Shown in pieces: positions 29,439 through 39,519 of a stretch of 64,000 nt of DNA (its first letter is position 1; each line of letters starts with the position of its first letter). A program made the translations under genes and the position numbers. The notes below the pieces were generated by a model. That model was given only the letters and a program-made list of their open reading frames with translations, made no database searches and had not been told where the DNA came from. This DNA comes from Planctomycetota bacterium (GTDB lineage: Bacteria; Planctomycetota; UBA8108; SXIK01). The stretch lies in NCBI GenBank assembly GCA_965223265.1, contig OZ244999.1, positions 6,592,001 through 6,656,000 of the forward strand, in the 5' to 3' direction.

Positions 29439-32400
29439 TCAGTTGCACGCAGGAAACGCGCCGCAGTCGAGATCATCCGCCGTCGCATCGCTGCCGCAGG
29501 TCGGATACGGACGTGGCAGGGACGGCTTGCTACCGAAAAGGTGCAGAAGAATCCAGATCGAGTCGGTCACCGTAATGCGACCATCGTCCGTCGTGTCCGC
29601 GGCTTTGCGACAGTCTGGAAACGCACCTTCGCGAAAGAGAAAGTCGAGTCCAAAGATGGCGTCTGCGAGATCCACAAAACCGTCCGAGTTGACATCACCA
29701 CGCCGAAAGCGCGTCACCCCACCGTCGGTGTCAACGCGATCAAACGCGAGCACCTGAGCGGTAACGATCGGGTTCAGGTCTCGGTCGAGGTAGCGTGCGA
29801 TGGCCTGTGGCTTCGTGGGCGGCTGCGGCGCTTCAATTTCCACCGCGAACACCTCCGCGTTCGCGCCCGGAAGACTCAACCCTGAGTCGAATAAGACGCG
29901 ATATGTCACGAACGTGTTGTGCCTAAACGACGCGTACACCAGTCTCCAGTAGTCGACAACACGCTCGTAGACCGCCGCCGCCGCGATTTCGCCGGCAACG
30001 AGGCTGGCTGGCCCCGTGCGATTAGGATCAGCGCTCGGCTCAAAGCGCTCCTCGAGACGGACAACGACGCCGCCTTCGAGAAGAAGTTCGATCTCCCAGA
30101 ACGGCAGTGTCTCGTAGGTACACGAGGCGTATGTGATGCTGAGCGGCGGCTCGGAGTCGAGAAATCCGGTCATGAAAAACGATCCGGCAAGGTGACTCTC
30201 GTCGAAGATGAGCGTCGGCTCGCGCGGCACGTCACCGACGGCGCGAAACTCCAGATCCTGGAGATTGATCTCGAAGCGCGACTCCGGCGCGCTAGCCAGA
30301 GTGAACGCCTGCTCATACGTGTAGCGGTAAATCGTCTCCCCGCCTGTCGACGGCCGCTGCGTGACGCGAAAACGTCCCGCGCTCGCCGGCTGGGCGATCT
30401 CCTGGGTTGGCCCAACGCGGACCTCGTCGATGAGGTCGACGCTGACCGTCCCGGGTCGCCCCTCAAGCACGACCTCGCCGCCCTTGAAACGCACGGTGCT
30501 TTTCGTTGCCAGGGCGATGTCCGGATCTGGATTTGGCGCGTTGACGTCGAGCACACCGCAGACCGTCGTGCCCTCAGGAATCTGTAAAGAAAATATCGGC
30601 GTCGGTGTCGCGTCGGTGGTGAGGAGGAACGGTCGCACCTGCTTGACCGCCAACGAACCGTCTGCCTCGACCTTGAACTCCATGTCGAGCAGGATGTCCT
30701 CGCGATCGCGCCCCCCGAGCGTCACCGGGAAGTTCTGGTCAACGTGCCACATGAATCGTCCGAGTTGTCTCAGCTCGTCGTCCGACATCACGAAACGGTC
30801 TGCAGGGACAAGTGTCGAGCGCGTGGCACGAACGATGTTGACGACTTCGCCGTCCACGACTTCGAGGAGCGACTTCTCTGGCAGCACACCCGGCTCCGGG
30901 CTGACGACGCTCTCCTCGCCGATCTGCGCCGTGACGACGAAACGGTCGTCCCCTGGATTGGCGAGATCCCCCGTGAAAGCAACGCCGTTGGCACGTTCGT
31001 CGATGAACGCGCGGCTCGCGAGGATCCCCATGGCGGCGCTCAACTGCGGGATCTGAAAGAAGGCTCGTTCCTCGTGAGCCCGGAACGTCCAAAGACTCGT
31101 CCATACCTTCTTCAGCGCACGCTCGATCGTTCGTTCGTTTCGATTGCCTGCGTCGCAAATCGATGGCCCGGCGTCGTCGCCGTCCAATTGGTCGGCAAGA
31201 CACGCGCCTGTCGACTCATAGAGGCCCGCGCCGTTGAACTCGAGGAGATCCTCGACGTTCGACGATGATCGAAAGCGCACTTTCGTCTCGCGCCCGAAAA
31301 CTTCCTCCATACGAACAGCGATCAGGTCCAACAAAGATGAGGACACAACGCCGGAATCGCGGGCAAAGTCGCGAAACTCATCAAGTGCAGCAAAACGGCG
31401 GCTCGAGTCCGATTGAAATTCAGGCACAGTGGATAGTTCGGCGAGATACTCCTCGTAGGTCACTTGACGACCGGGATCGAGCGGCGACGGGATCGAATTG
31501 CTGCGCATGAACTCCAGGTAATAGCGCATCGGAATGATGAAGCCACGCTCCTGAAATTCGGTGAACTCCGAGTCAAGAATTGTCTGGAGCCTGGCGAGAT
31601 TGCTGCCCTTGCCGCCGTAGCGCGACTCGGGCGAACTCACCGCCGCGAAATCAATGTCCCGCAGACGGTCAAGGCCGGCGTACTCGGCATCGACAGGGTC
31701 CAGCTCTGAGAGCTTTGGACGATTGGATGCCCAAAACTCCTCTGCCTCAGGAAGTTCGGCAGCACGAACGTCGAAAGTACCAGCCGAAACTTCGAGCCGC
31801 ACCAGTTGACCGTCGTAGGGCTCAAAAACGTCGAGGGCGTTCGCAACGAAAGCGTTCGGCGTACCGCGCCGAGCCGTACGGATTGAAACGTGACTGAGCT
31901 GTCCCTGCGGTGTCCCAGTGATCACACCACCAACAACACCTTCGATGTCGCGGGGTGCCTGGTCAATCACCAGGACATCCTGAAACGTGAAAAGCCCGGC
32001 TTCGTTGGCAGCGCTGAATTCCTCCAGAGTGAGACGCCGCACCCGTCCGTAGCCGACTGCCAGGGTGTACGCTTCATAGTTGCCGCGCGCGGAATCGTCT
32101 TGAAAGAGCACCGGAAAACCTGGGTTGGTCCACTCTTCGGCACGCGCTCGCGCCAGTGGCGTGTCAGGAAGATACGCCAGCGGTTCGAGCGCGAACACGC
32201 CGCTGAGGCGATCGTGCACCGATCTCACTTCAGGCAGATTCAGCGCTTCGGTAGGATCCAGACCGGTATCCGCGACGACCGTAAACGCATAGACAAAGCC
32301 ATCGTCGGCGCGCACGCGCTTCATCGAACCGACGTAGTAATCACGGCTGGCGCGCAGTCCGATCAGCCGGTTGTACTCCTCGGGACCGAGCGCCGGGAAA

Positions 32401-34841
32401 CGTTCGGGAAAGGTCGTAACCAAAAACTCCTGGTGCAGCTGATGGATCGACGTGTTTTGAAACGCCGGCGGCAACAGGTCGGCATCGTCGCGCGCTGGCA
32501 CGACGAACTTGGTCTCCCGCTCTCCGGGCTTCGCGCCGCGCGATGCAATCGCCACATCGAGAAAATCCCGCTGGGTGCAAATACGCGGCAAGAAATCCAG
32601 CGTCGAAGGCGCGCGAGACACATTGAGAAAGGAAATGATCTGATTCTCGGAGCGGTTCACAGCAACGAGGTCGAGGCGCCCGTCGCCGTTCACATCCCCG
32701 GTCGTGGCATAGCGCGGCCCGGTCCGGGGCGGCTCGATCGTAGGTGTCTCAATGAAATAAAAGAGCGGCGTCCGAAACGTGCCGTCGCCGCGGTTGATGA
32801 ACACAGTCAGGTTGAGCGAAAGCTCGTTGACGGTGACAATATCGAGGTGCCCATCACCGTTGTAGTCTCCGGAGGTCATCGTGTACGGCAAGCGAACCGG
32901 GTAAGTGCGCACCGTCTCGAGCCGCATCGCGCCGCGGTTTTCGATGATGGCAAGTTCCGAGCTCGTTTCATTCACCGTCGCCAGATCCTCGTCACCGTCG
33001 CCATCCCAATCGCCGGCAATGACGAAGAACGGTCTTCCGAAAGGGTCGATCGAACCGATATGGGTCAGGGTCCCCAGCGGCGCGTTCTCCAGTATCTCAA
33101 CGCTTCCCGATTGATTTGCTGCCGCCAGATCCAAGTCGCCGTCACGGTCAAGATCGACGGCGACAACGCCGTTAAACCGGCCCGAAATCCTGATCGTCTC
33201 GCTGTTGGCGAACGTCCCATCGCCGCCGTTGCGATAGATGGTGATTGCCGAACCGCTGTTCGCGGTGACGATTTCCGGAAAGCGGTCACCGTCGAGGTCA
33301 GCGGAGATCGAGTAGAATGGATCCCGGCTGCCAAGGTACGTCTCTCGTGACGCAAAGCTCTGACCGTCGTAGTTAAGAAAGACTTCGATCTTGATGTCGA
33401 AAAGGAACGGGACCACGAAATCGAGCTGACCGTTCTGATCGAAGTCATCGACACTGGCCGCATTCAGATAGCCGTCCGACCTATCGGTGTAGCCGATCGA
33501 GAACGCTCCATTTCCGTCGTTTTCGGCGAGAGTGATGAGTCCGCCAGCTCCATGGCCCATGATGGCGTCCACGTCGCCGTCACCGTCGATGTCGCCGAGC
33601 GCCGGCGGGCTGTGCGGTCGGCCGCCGGCACCGTACGTCGTACTCACGAAACTCGTCTCTCGGCCGCTGACGAGGATTCCGAGCGCATCCGAACGCGTCT
33701 TGCCGGTCGCAATGTCAACACCACCGTCACCGTTCAGGTCGGCGATCGCGAGGCTCTGCGAAACGCCCTCGATCGGGAAACTGACGTGAGCTCGCAGTGA
33801 GCCAGATTCGTTGATGATGGCGGCGACTTCACGCGTCGGCAATCCGGCGACAACGTCCGTGTCACCGTCACCGTCGACGTCACCAAGTTCGAAGTGAGTC
33901 GCATCCAGGCGAAACACCGACGCTAAGGCCAACGATCGGTCGGAGCTTGACACCGAGATCACGTGGATACCTTCGCCGCCGAGGACGAGAAGTTCGGGCG
34001 CTTCGTCGCCGCTGAGGTCTGCGGCCCGCACCGCGCGGGCGTCGGCGGTGGCGACCGACTCCGCCCCCCGCTCGAAACCGCTCTCCGTGTTCCACAGAAC
34101 GGCTACCCGTCCGCCCTCAACCAGCGCGATGTCCGGGCGCCCGTCGCCGTCCAGGTCGGACGCCATCATCGCCGCCGGCACCCCTCCTGCGTCCACCGCC
34201 TCCGTCGCAAAACCACGCTCGGGCTGACGGCGCACGAGTGAGAGCTGAGTCGAGTCGGCGTGCGACACGATGATGTCCGTATCGCCGTCGGCATCAAAGT
34301 CGGCGGACGACATCAGGAGACCGCCGATCAGCGCCACCAGATCGGCGTCGCGCGGATACGTTCGTTCGCCGTCGTTCCAAACAAAAAAAACGCCCTCGGC
34401 CCCAAGGCTGGCCACGTCGAGCTCGCCGTCGGCATCGAAATCTCCCACACTGATCTCGAACGTATCCGCGCCAACACGGCGGTAGACGGGGGTGCCGAGA
34501 TCGCCGATCTCGTCTTGATAGAAGATGCCGATCGTGCTACCCGCGGGTCCGAGGCTGGCACTGAGGAGATCCTCCCGGCCGTCGCCGTCGAAGTCACGGG
34601 TTACGACGCGGCGCGGCAGACCGCGCTGCTGAAGCCGTGGCACCGAAAGACCGAACTGGAGTAAGTCCAGCTCGCACTCATCGGGGAACCCGTTGCCGTT
34701 GCAATCCTCGGACACCGAGCTCGAGACGTCGACGGTGTCGTCCGCGCCGTTGCCGTTGCAGTCGGCCGCAGAAACGAACGGAGCCGCCACGAAAAACAAC
34801 CCGAACACGGCGAAGTTGATATTGGCGCCGATGCGTAGCAA
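29439..34841 (-). CDS. secreted FG-GAP-repeat protein with phosphohistidine and PPDK_N/ATP-grasp dikinase domains and a C-terminal dockerin-like module
   Basis: GGAGG RBS plus TTG at 34841; signal peptide; many DxDGDGxxD repeats; LSHVSIR; GGKGSNL; RSSSNVED..NGAGLYES; KQVRP; RRGDVNSDGFVDLAD. Confidence 0.88.
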   Translation of the reverse strand: MLRIGANINFAVFGLFFVAAPFVSAADCNGNGADDTVDVSSSVSEDCNGNGFPDECELDLLQFGLSVPRLQQRGLPRRVVTRDFDGDGREDLLSASLGPAGSTIGIFYQDEIGDLGTPVYRRVGADTFEISVGDFDADGELDVASLGAEGVFFVWNDGERTYPRDADLVALIGGLLMSSADFDADGDTDIIVSHADSTQLSLVRRQPERGFATEAVDAGGVPAAMMASDLDGDGRPDIALVEGGRVAVLWNTESGFERGAESVATADARAVRAADLSGDEAPELLVLGGEGIHVISVSSSDRSLALASVFRLDATHFELGDVDGDGDTDVVAGLPTREVAAIINESGSLRAHVSFPIEGVSQSLAIADLNGDGGVDIATGKTRSDALGILVSGRETSFVSTTYGAGGRPHSPPALGDIDGDGDVDAIMGHGAGGLITLAENDGNGAFSIGYTDRSDGYLNAASVDDFDQNGQLDFVVPFLFDIKIEVFLNYDGQSFASRETYLGSRDPFYSISADLDGDRFPEIVTANSGSAITIYRNGGDGTFANSETIRISGRFNGVVAVDLDRDGDLDLAAANQSGSVEILENAPLGTLTHIGSIDPFGRPFFVIAGDWDGDGDEDLATVNETSSELAIIENRGAMRLETVRTYPVRLPYTMTSGDYNGDGHLDIVTVNELSLNLTVFINRGDGTFRTPLFYFIETPTIEPPRTGPRYATTGDVNGDGRLDLVAVNRSENQIISFLNVSRAPSTLDFLPRICTQRDFLDVAIASRGAKPGERETKFVVPARDDADLLPPAFQNTSIHQLHQEFLVTTFPERFPALGPEEYNRLIGLRASRDYYVGSMKRVRADDGFVYAFTVVADTGLDPTEALNLPEVRSVHDRLSGVFALEPLAYLPDTPLARARAEEWTNPGFPVLFQDDSARGNYEAYTLAVGYGRVRRLTLEEFSAANEAGLFTFQDVLVIDQAPRDIEGVVGGVITGTPQGQLSHVSIRTARRGTPNAFVANALDVFEPYDGQLVRLEVSAGTFDVRAAELPEAEEFWASNRPKLSELDPVDAEYAGLDRLRDIDFAAVSSPESRYGGKGSNLARLQTILDSEFTEFQERGFIIPMRYYLEFMRSNSIPSPLDPGRQVTYEEYLAELSTVPEFQSDSSRRFAALDEFRDFARDSGVVSSSLLDLIAVRMEEVFGRETKVRFRSSSNVEDLLEFNGAGLYESTGACLADQLDGDDAGPSICDAGNRNERTIERALKKVWTSLWTFRAHEERAFFQIPQLSAAMGILASRAFIDERANGVAFTGDLANPGDDRFVVTAQIGEESVVSPEPGVLPEKSLLEVVDGEVVNIVRATRSTLVPADRFVMSDDELRQLGRFMWHVDQNFPVTLGGRDREDILLDMEFKVEADGSLAVKQVRPFLLTTDATPTPIFSLQIPEGTTVCGVLDVNAPNPDPDIALATKSTVRFKGGEVVLEGRPGTVSVDLIDEVRVGPTQEIAQPASAGRFRVTQRPSTGGETIYRYTYEQAFTLASAPESRFEINLQDLEFRAVGDVPREPTLIFDESHLAGSFFMTGFLDSEPPLSITYASCTYETLPFWEIELLLEGGVVVRLEERFEPSADPNRTGPASLVAGEIAAAAVYERVVDYWRLVYASFRHNTFVTYRVLFDSGLSLPGANAEVFAVEIEAPQPPTKPQAIARYLDRDLNPIVTAQVLAFDRVDTDGGVTRFRRGDVNSDGFVDLADAIFGLDFLFREGAFPDCRKAADTTDDGRITVTDSIWILLHLFGSKPSLPRPYPTCGSDATADDLDCGAFPACN

Positions 34842-35091
34842 AAAACCCTCCCGCGGTGACGTGAATATGCCTCTTGTTCGCCCGACCAGGCGCACGACCC
34901 CCCACGAGTCTCTCGGCTCCCCCGTCCATTCGACAAGAGTGCATCGTACCGGATCAACGGCGCGTTTCCGAGTCGGTTTTGCCTCGGTACGGATCGACGC
35001 CGCGACGCAGCTGACACACCCGCTCAAGAAACGAATTCACGAACTAGCGCAAGAACCGTCACGCGGTCGGAGCCGTCGTCGGCGCGGTTAA

Positions 35092-35251
35092 CAGCCCGTT
35101 GAAAAAGTCATTCGGCCGAAGAAACTGGCCTCTTCACGCCCAGCTCGACCGCGTCAATACTCGAAAATCCCGAAGATTGCCTGCGTTTGCCGCGGCCGAT
35201 CTGGACGCGAAGAGACCAGTTTTCGGCTCGAAGCACTTTTTCAACAGGCTG
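35092..35251. mobile_element. MITE-like hairpin element, copy 2 (160 bp)
   Basis: terminal inverted repeats CAGCCCGTTGAAAAAGT / ACTTTTTCAACAGGCTG; flanked by TTAA at 35088-35091 and 35252-35255. Confidence 0.88.
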
Positions 35252-38200
35252 TTAAGTGTGCGTTCAGCCTGTCAGCGATGCACTCAAGGTTTTCCGCCGC
35301 CAGAACCTCGTGGTGAGACCCCGCAACGGAAACAACCGTGACGCCCCCGGAAGCGACTTCGCCCCAGCCGAGATCGGGACGGTCGCGGTTGATCCATGCC
35401 ACCTCCTCGGCTCGGAAGAGCACAACCTGCCCGTCATAGATGCCCGGTCGATAGCGTTTTCGGGCCGGGCGTGTGACGCACTCGAAGAAGTGCTCGGCCT
35501 CGAGCTTCACCGGGAGACTTCGGCCGAGTCGGTGACACAACTCACCACCCGCAAGAAGCGCGAGACGGCGCAGACGCTGACGTGCGGCGCGCGCCGATGT
35601 CGTGAGATTGCCAACACCGCTTCGCAGCAGATACCCGAACTTCGCAGTCGGAGATAGCGCATCCAGTGCTTGCGCGTGCTGCTTCCAGTCCGTTCGGCGC
35701 AAAAACGCGCTCGGCAAACTCGTGTCCAGTACCGCGAGCAAAGACACTCCGCAGCCTCGGCTACGGAGTTGCCGAGCCATTTCGAGCGCGACGAGCCCGC
35801 CAAACGAGTAACCGCACAATCGGTACGGTTCAAGCGGAGGAACGCGCGTCACAAGCTCGTCGACGTAGAGCGCTGCGAGTGCCTCGACGGTTGCCGGTCG
35901 TGCGTCTAAAAATGCCCGCATCGGCGGCTGAACCGCAAGGACAGGAACGCCCTCCTCGAGACGTTTCGCCAACTCGACGTAGTGGTGAACGCGCCCCTTG
36001 CCGCAGTGAACACAAATGAGCGGCGATCGATCGCCCCCGTCGCGCAGCGGCACGAGGATCTCAGTCGACGACGAGCGCGATCTTGATCGAGCGGACGAAG
36101 CGGATGGAGGGGAGGATTGCGTGACATCGAGCGCCGCAGCCATCCCCTCCAGTGCGGGCGACTGAAACACGGAGGCCAATGACAGCTCCGCTCGGAACTC
36201 GCGCTTGACGTGCCGAACGAGCTCCAGCGCCAGAAGAGAGTGACCGCCAAGCTCAAAGAAGTCATCCGCTATGCCGACGCGCTCGACCCCAAGCAAATGA
36301 CACCAAATCGTCGCGAGCCGCCGCTCGGTCTCGCTCCGCGGCGGCTCGAACCGGCGCGCCCCAACGCGAGTACCGGCGAGTCCGCCCGAGCGGTCGACTC
36401 GTGTGCGGTCGCCGGTCTCGAGGTCGTCTGCCGAGTCGCAAATCGCGGGCAGTGCACGTCGGTTCACTTTCATGCTGGTTGTCAGCGGCAATGACTCGAG
36501 CTGGACGTAGTGCGACGGGATCATCACGGTCGACAGTTTCGTGCGCAGAAACTCGTCCAGTTGGCGCGATGTCGGGACGACGCCAGCTGCAGTGACGAAG
36601 TAGGCAGCGAGGCGTCCTCCATGTGCGTCTGGCCACAGACGAAGTGCCGCCGCATCGATCGATTCATGTTCGCAAAGCGCTTCTTCGATGGGGGCAACGT
36701 CGACGCGCTGGCCGCGCACCTTGACCTCGAGACCAAGTCGCTGGAGGACCTCGATGCCGCCGTCCGGACGCGCCCTGCCGTCGTCACCAGTGTTCAAGCT
36801 GCGCCGCGTGGACTTTGCTCGCGGCCTTTCCGACGCCGAGGAGCATTCCCCGCGTCCCAACCAAGCGTGAGGCGATGCCGCCAAGAATTCCGACTCGACG
36901 CAGATCTGGCCACGAATGTCGGTCTCGTCGCCGGTCGCATTTCGTAGGGACATGCGCACTCCTCTCACAGCTTCGCCAATCGAGAGTCGCTCGCGTCGCA
37001 CGTCGCTGGTGTGACTGTACCGTGCCCAGCTGACGAGCGAGCACTCCGTGGAACCGTAGAGGTTAAACAGTGTGCAGTCGCTTGCCGTCACCGCACGGAA
37101 AACATCGAAGTCTGCACGCGTCGCTGGTTCTCCGCCAAGGACCACGGCACGCAGCGAACTTTGAACCAGATCCGCCCCATCGCGAGACCCTAACGCTGTT
37201 TGCTCGCGATCGGCGGACGATCGTGAACTCCACAGCGCGCGGAAGACCGTCGGCGTTGAGTGAAACACCGTCACATTGGCGTTCGAGATCCATGCCTCGA
37301 GTTCCGTCGCGCCATCTGTGTCGAAGCCCCAAGGTAGTAGCTCTGCGCCAGCGAGGAGGGCGCCGAAGGTATCGAGAAGAAACGCGTCGAAAGTGTAGGC
37401 TGCGAGGAGAAGGAAACGGTCGCTCGGACGCGCGTCGAGCATGCGCTGGTAGTTGTCGACGTGGTGTAGGAGCGCTCGCTCGCTTTGCACCACTGCTTTC
37501 GGCGCCGCGGTCGATCCGGATGTATACAACAGGTACGCGGGTCGATGGTCGCGATGGTCGCGATGGCCAGCCACCGCCTCAGCCGACGTGCTCGCTTCAA
37601 GAATTTGGTCGCAGATGATGACTGTGCGCCCCGCCCCAGCCGCTTGGCGCGCCAGCGCCTCGTGCGCGGAGTCAGCGATGACGAGCTCGGCGTCGGCGTC
37701 GGAAAGTATGGCGGCGAGACGCTCACGGGGCTCCTTTGTGTGCATCGGCACGAACGTCTTGCCCGCTTTGACGACCCCTAGAAGAACCGCTACCATCGGC
37801 GCGTCGTGCTCAAGAAGGAGCGCCACGCGGCCGTCGCGATCACCAAGGCGATCATGAACTGCAGCGGCAACGGCTGTCGAGCGACGATCCAGCTCGTCGT
37901 ACGACCAACGGTAGCGCGGACTCCTGACCGAGCCGCGGGGACCGTGTTTTCGCACGACCTCCGCGAATCTCTCGGCGATCGACGCTTGGCCGCACGGCCG
38001 TTCATTCTTGTTTGCTGCAACCGCCGCCAAGGGTTGGTTCTGCGAAGTCGACGCGAGAGACGCGATCGCGACACTGGAATCCACCACCGCCGCACAAAGC
38101 AGTCTCTGGTATTGAGCGAGAAGCCATTCCACGGTCTCAGGCTCGTAGCGCTCGCGGCGAAATCGGCAGACGCACTCAAGTCCGGCGCTGGTGTGTTCGA

Positions 38201-39503
38201 AGGCGAATTCGAGATCGAGTCGTGCGAACGGCGACTCCAGCTCAACACGCTCCATACGCAAGCCGCTCTCGCTCGCCAGCGCCTGAGGATAGTTCCGCAG
38301 CTGCAGAGATACCTGCGCGAGCCCATGGTCTGCTGCAGTGCCGTTCGGCCGCGCCGCTTCAACGATCTTCTCAAACGGTAAGTGCGCGTGCTCGTAGACG
38401 CCGAGGGCTACCTGGCGAACGCGCCCGAGGAATTCGGCGAAGGATGGCTCGCCAGCCGCATCAAGGCGCAGGATGACGGTGTTGACGAAAAAGCCGATCA
38501 TCTCTTCGGTCTCGAGGAGCGATCGACCGGCGACCGGAGTCTCGATCCGGAGATCCGTCTCGCGTGTCTGATGCGTCAGGAGCACTCCGAGTCCTGCAGC
38601 GAGTGCCATGAAAAGCGTGGCTTCCCGCTCCGCCGCTAGCTGCGTGAGCTGCTCTGCGAATCGACGCGGCCACGTCACTCTCACCGCAGACCCGGCCGCC
38701 GCCGACTCTGTTCCGGACGTGCGCAGCGAGGATCGATCTGCAGCGACGTCGAGCGCCACTGCAGGTCTGTCCAGGTAGCGGCTCCAAAACGCCACTGAGT
38801 CTCGCATCGAAGCATCCGCGACGAACTGTCGGCGCTGCCACGCGGCGAAATCGGCGTACTGCAGCTTCTGCCTTTCGAGCTCGATCGTGTCGCCCCGAGC
38901 GAGCACGTGATAGGCGCGGTTCAGTTGGTCGACAAAGAGATTCCACGACCAGCCGTCGAAAACGCTGTGATGCGCGACAATCACTAGCATGTGAGCGTTC
39001 CGTTCGAGCTGCAGCAGACAGCCGTGGATGAGAGGTCCTTCGGCAAGCGAGATTCGCTGACGTGCAAGCGCCTGGGCTTCCTGCGTGCACGCCGCGTCGC
39101 GCTCCGCGACCGGCACCGACGTGAGATCGACATCGCGCAGGACAAACTCAACGCTCGGCTTGACGAGCTGCACGGGCAAAGAGTCGCTGTCGTGATACAC
39201 CGTACGCAGAATGTCGTGACGCGTGAGCAGCGTGTTGAGACTCTCCTTGAGGACATCGCGCTGGAGATCGCCGCTGAGTCGTAGCCCTCGCAGCGTGTTG
39301 TAGACGATCGCTCCAGGGTCGATCTGGTCGAGCAACCAGAGGCGCTGCTGACCGAAGGAGAGCAAGGCCGGTTCGTCGGGAGGACGCGCAGTTAGGGCGA
39401 CAACTCGTGGCTGTCCGCTGTCACGCTTTGCCTTTAACCGCGCCAAGAGCTGCGACCGCTGCTGAGGTGACAGTCGCGCCAGACGCGCGTCGAGATCACT
39501 CAC
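35241..39503 (-). CDS. single-module NRPS (C-A-T-TE)
   Basis: LSFGQQRLW, HHSVFDG (C); YTSGST, NLYGSTE (A); FFELGGHSL (T); GYSFGG (TE); GGGAGG RBS before GTG at 39503. Confidence 0.92.
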   Translation of the reverse strand: MSDLDARLARLSPQQRSQLLARLKAKRDSGQPRVVALTARPPDEPALLSFGQQRLWLLDQIDPGAIVYNTLRGLRLSGDLQRDVLKESLNTLLTRHDILRTVYHDSDSLPVQLVKPSVEFVLRDVDLTSVPVAERDAACTQEAQALARQRISLAEGPLIHGCLLQLERNAHMLVIVAHHSVFDGWSWNLFVDQLNRAYHVLARGDTIELERQKLQYADFAAWQRRQFVADASMRDSVAFWSRYLDRPAVALDVAADRSSLRTSGTESAAAGSAVRVTWPRRFAEQLTQLAAEREATLFMALAAGLGVLLTHQTRETDLRIETPVAGRSLLETEEMIGFFVNTVILRLDAAGEPSFAEFLGRVRQVALGVYEHAHLPFEKIVEAARPNGTAADHGLAQVSLQLRNYPQALASESGLRMERVELESPFARLDLEFAFEHTSAGLECVCRFRRERYEPETVEWLLAQYQRLLCAAVVDSSVAIASLASTSQNQPLAAVAANKNERPCGQASIAERFAEVVRKHGPRGSVRSPRYRWSYDELDRRSTAVAAAVHDRLGDRDGRVALLLEHDAPMVAVLLGVVKAGKTFVPMHTKEPRERLAAILSDADAELVIADSAHEALARQAAGAGRTVIICDQILEASTSAEAVAGHRDHRDHRPAYLLYTSGSTAAPKAVVQSERALLHHVDNYQRMLDARPSDRFLLLAAYTFDAFLLDTFGALLAGAELLPWGFDTDGATELEAWISNANVTVFHSTPTVFRALWSSRSSADREQTALGSRDGADLVQSSLRAVVLGGEPATRADFDVFRAVTASDCTLFNLYGSTECSLVSWARYSHTSDVRRERLSIGEAVRGVRMSLRNATGDETDIRGQICVESEFLAASPHAWLGRGECSSASERPRAKSTRRSLNTGDDGRARPDGGIEVLQRLGLEVKVRGQRVDVAPIEEALCEHESIDAAALRLWPDAHGGRLAAYFVTAAGVVPTSRQLDEFLRTKLSTVMIPSHYVQLESLPLTTSMKVNRRALPAICDSADDLETGDRTRVDRSGGLAGTRVGARRFEPPRSETERRLATIWCHLLGVERVGIADDFFELGGHSLLALELVRHVKREFRAELSLASVFQSPALEGMAAALDVTQSSPPSASSARSRSRSSSTEILVPLRDGGDRSPLICVHCGKGRVHHYVELAKRLEEGVPVLAVQPPMRAFLDARPATVEALAALYVDELVTRVPPLEPYRLCGYSFGGLVALEMARQLRSRGCGVSLLAVLDTSLPSAFLRRTDWKQHAQALDALSPTAKFGYLLRSGVGNLTTSARAARQRLRRLALLAGGELCHRLGRSLPVKLEAEHFFECVTRPARKRYRPGIYDGQVVLFRAEEVAWINRDRPDLGWGEVASGGVTVVSVAGSHHEVLAAENLECIADRLNAHLTAC

Positions 39504-39519
39504 GATCACCCTCCCGGAC

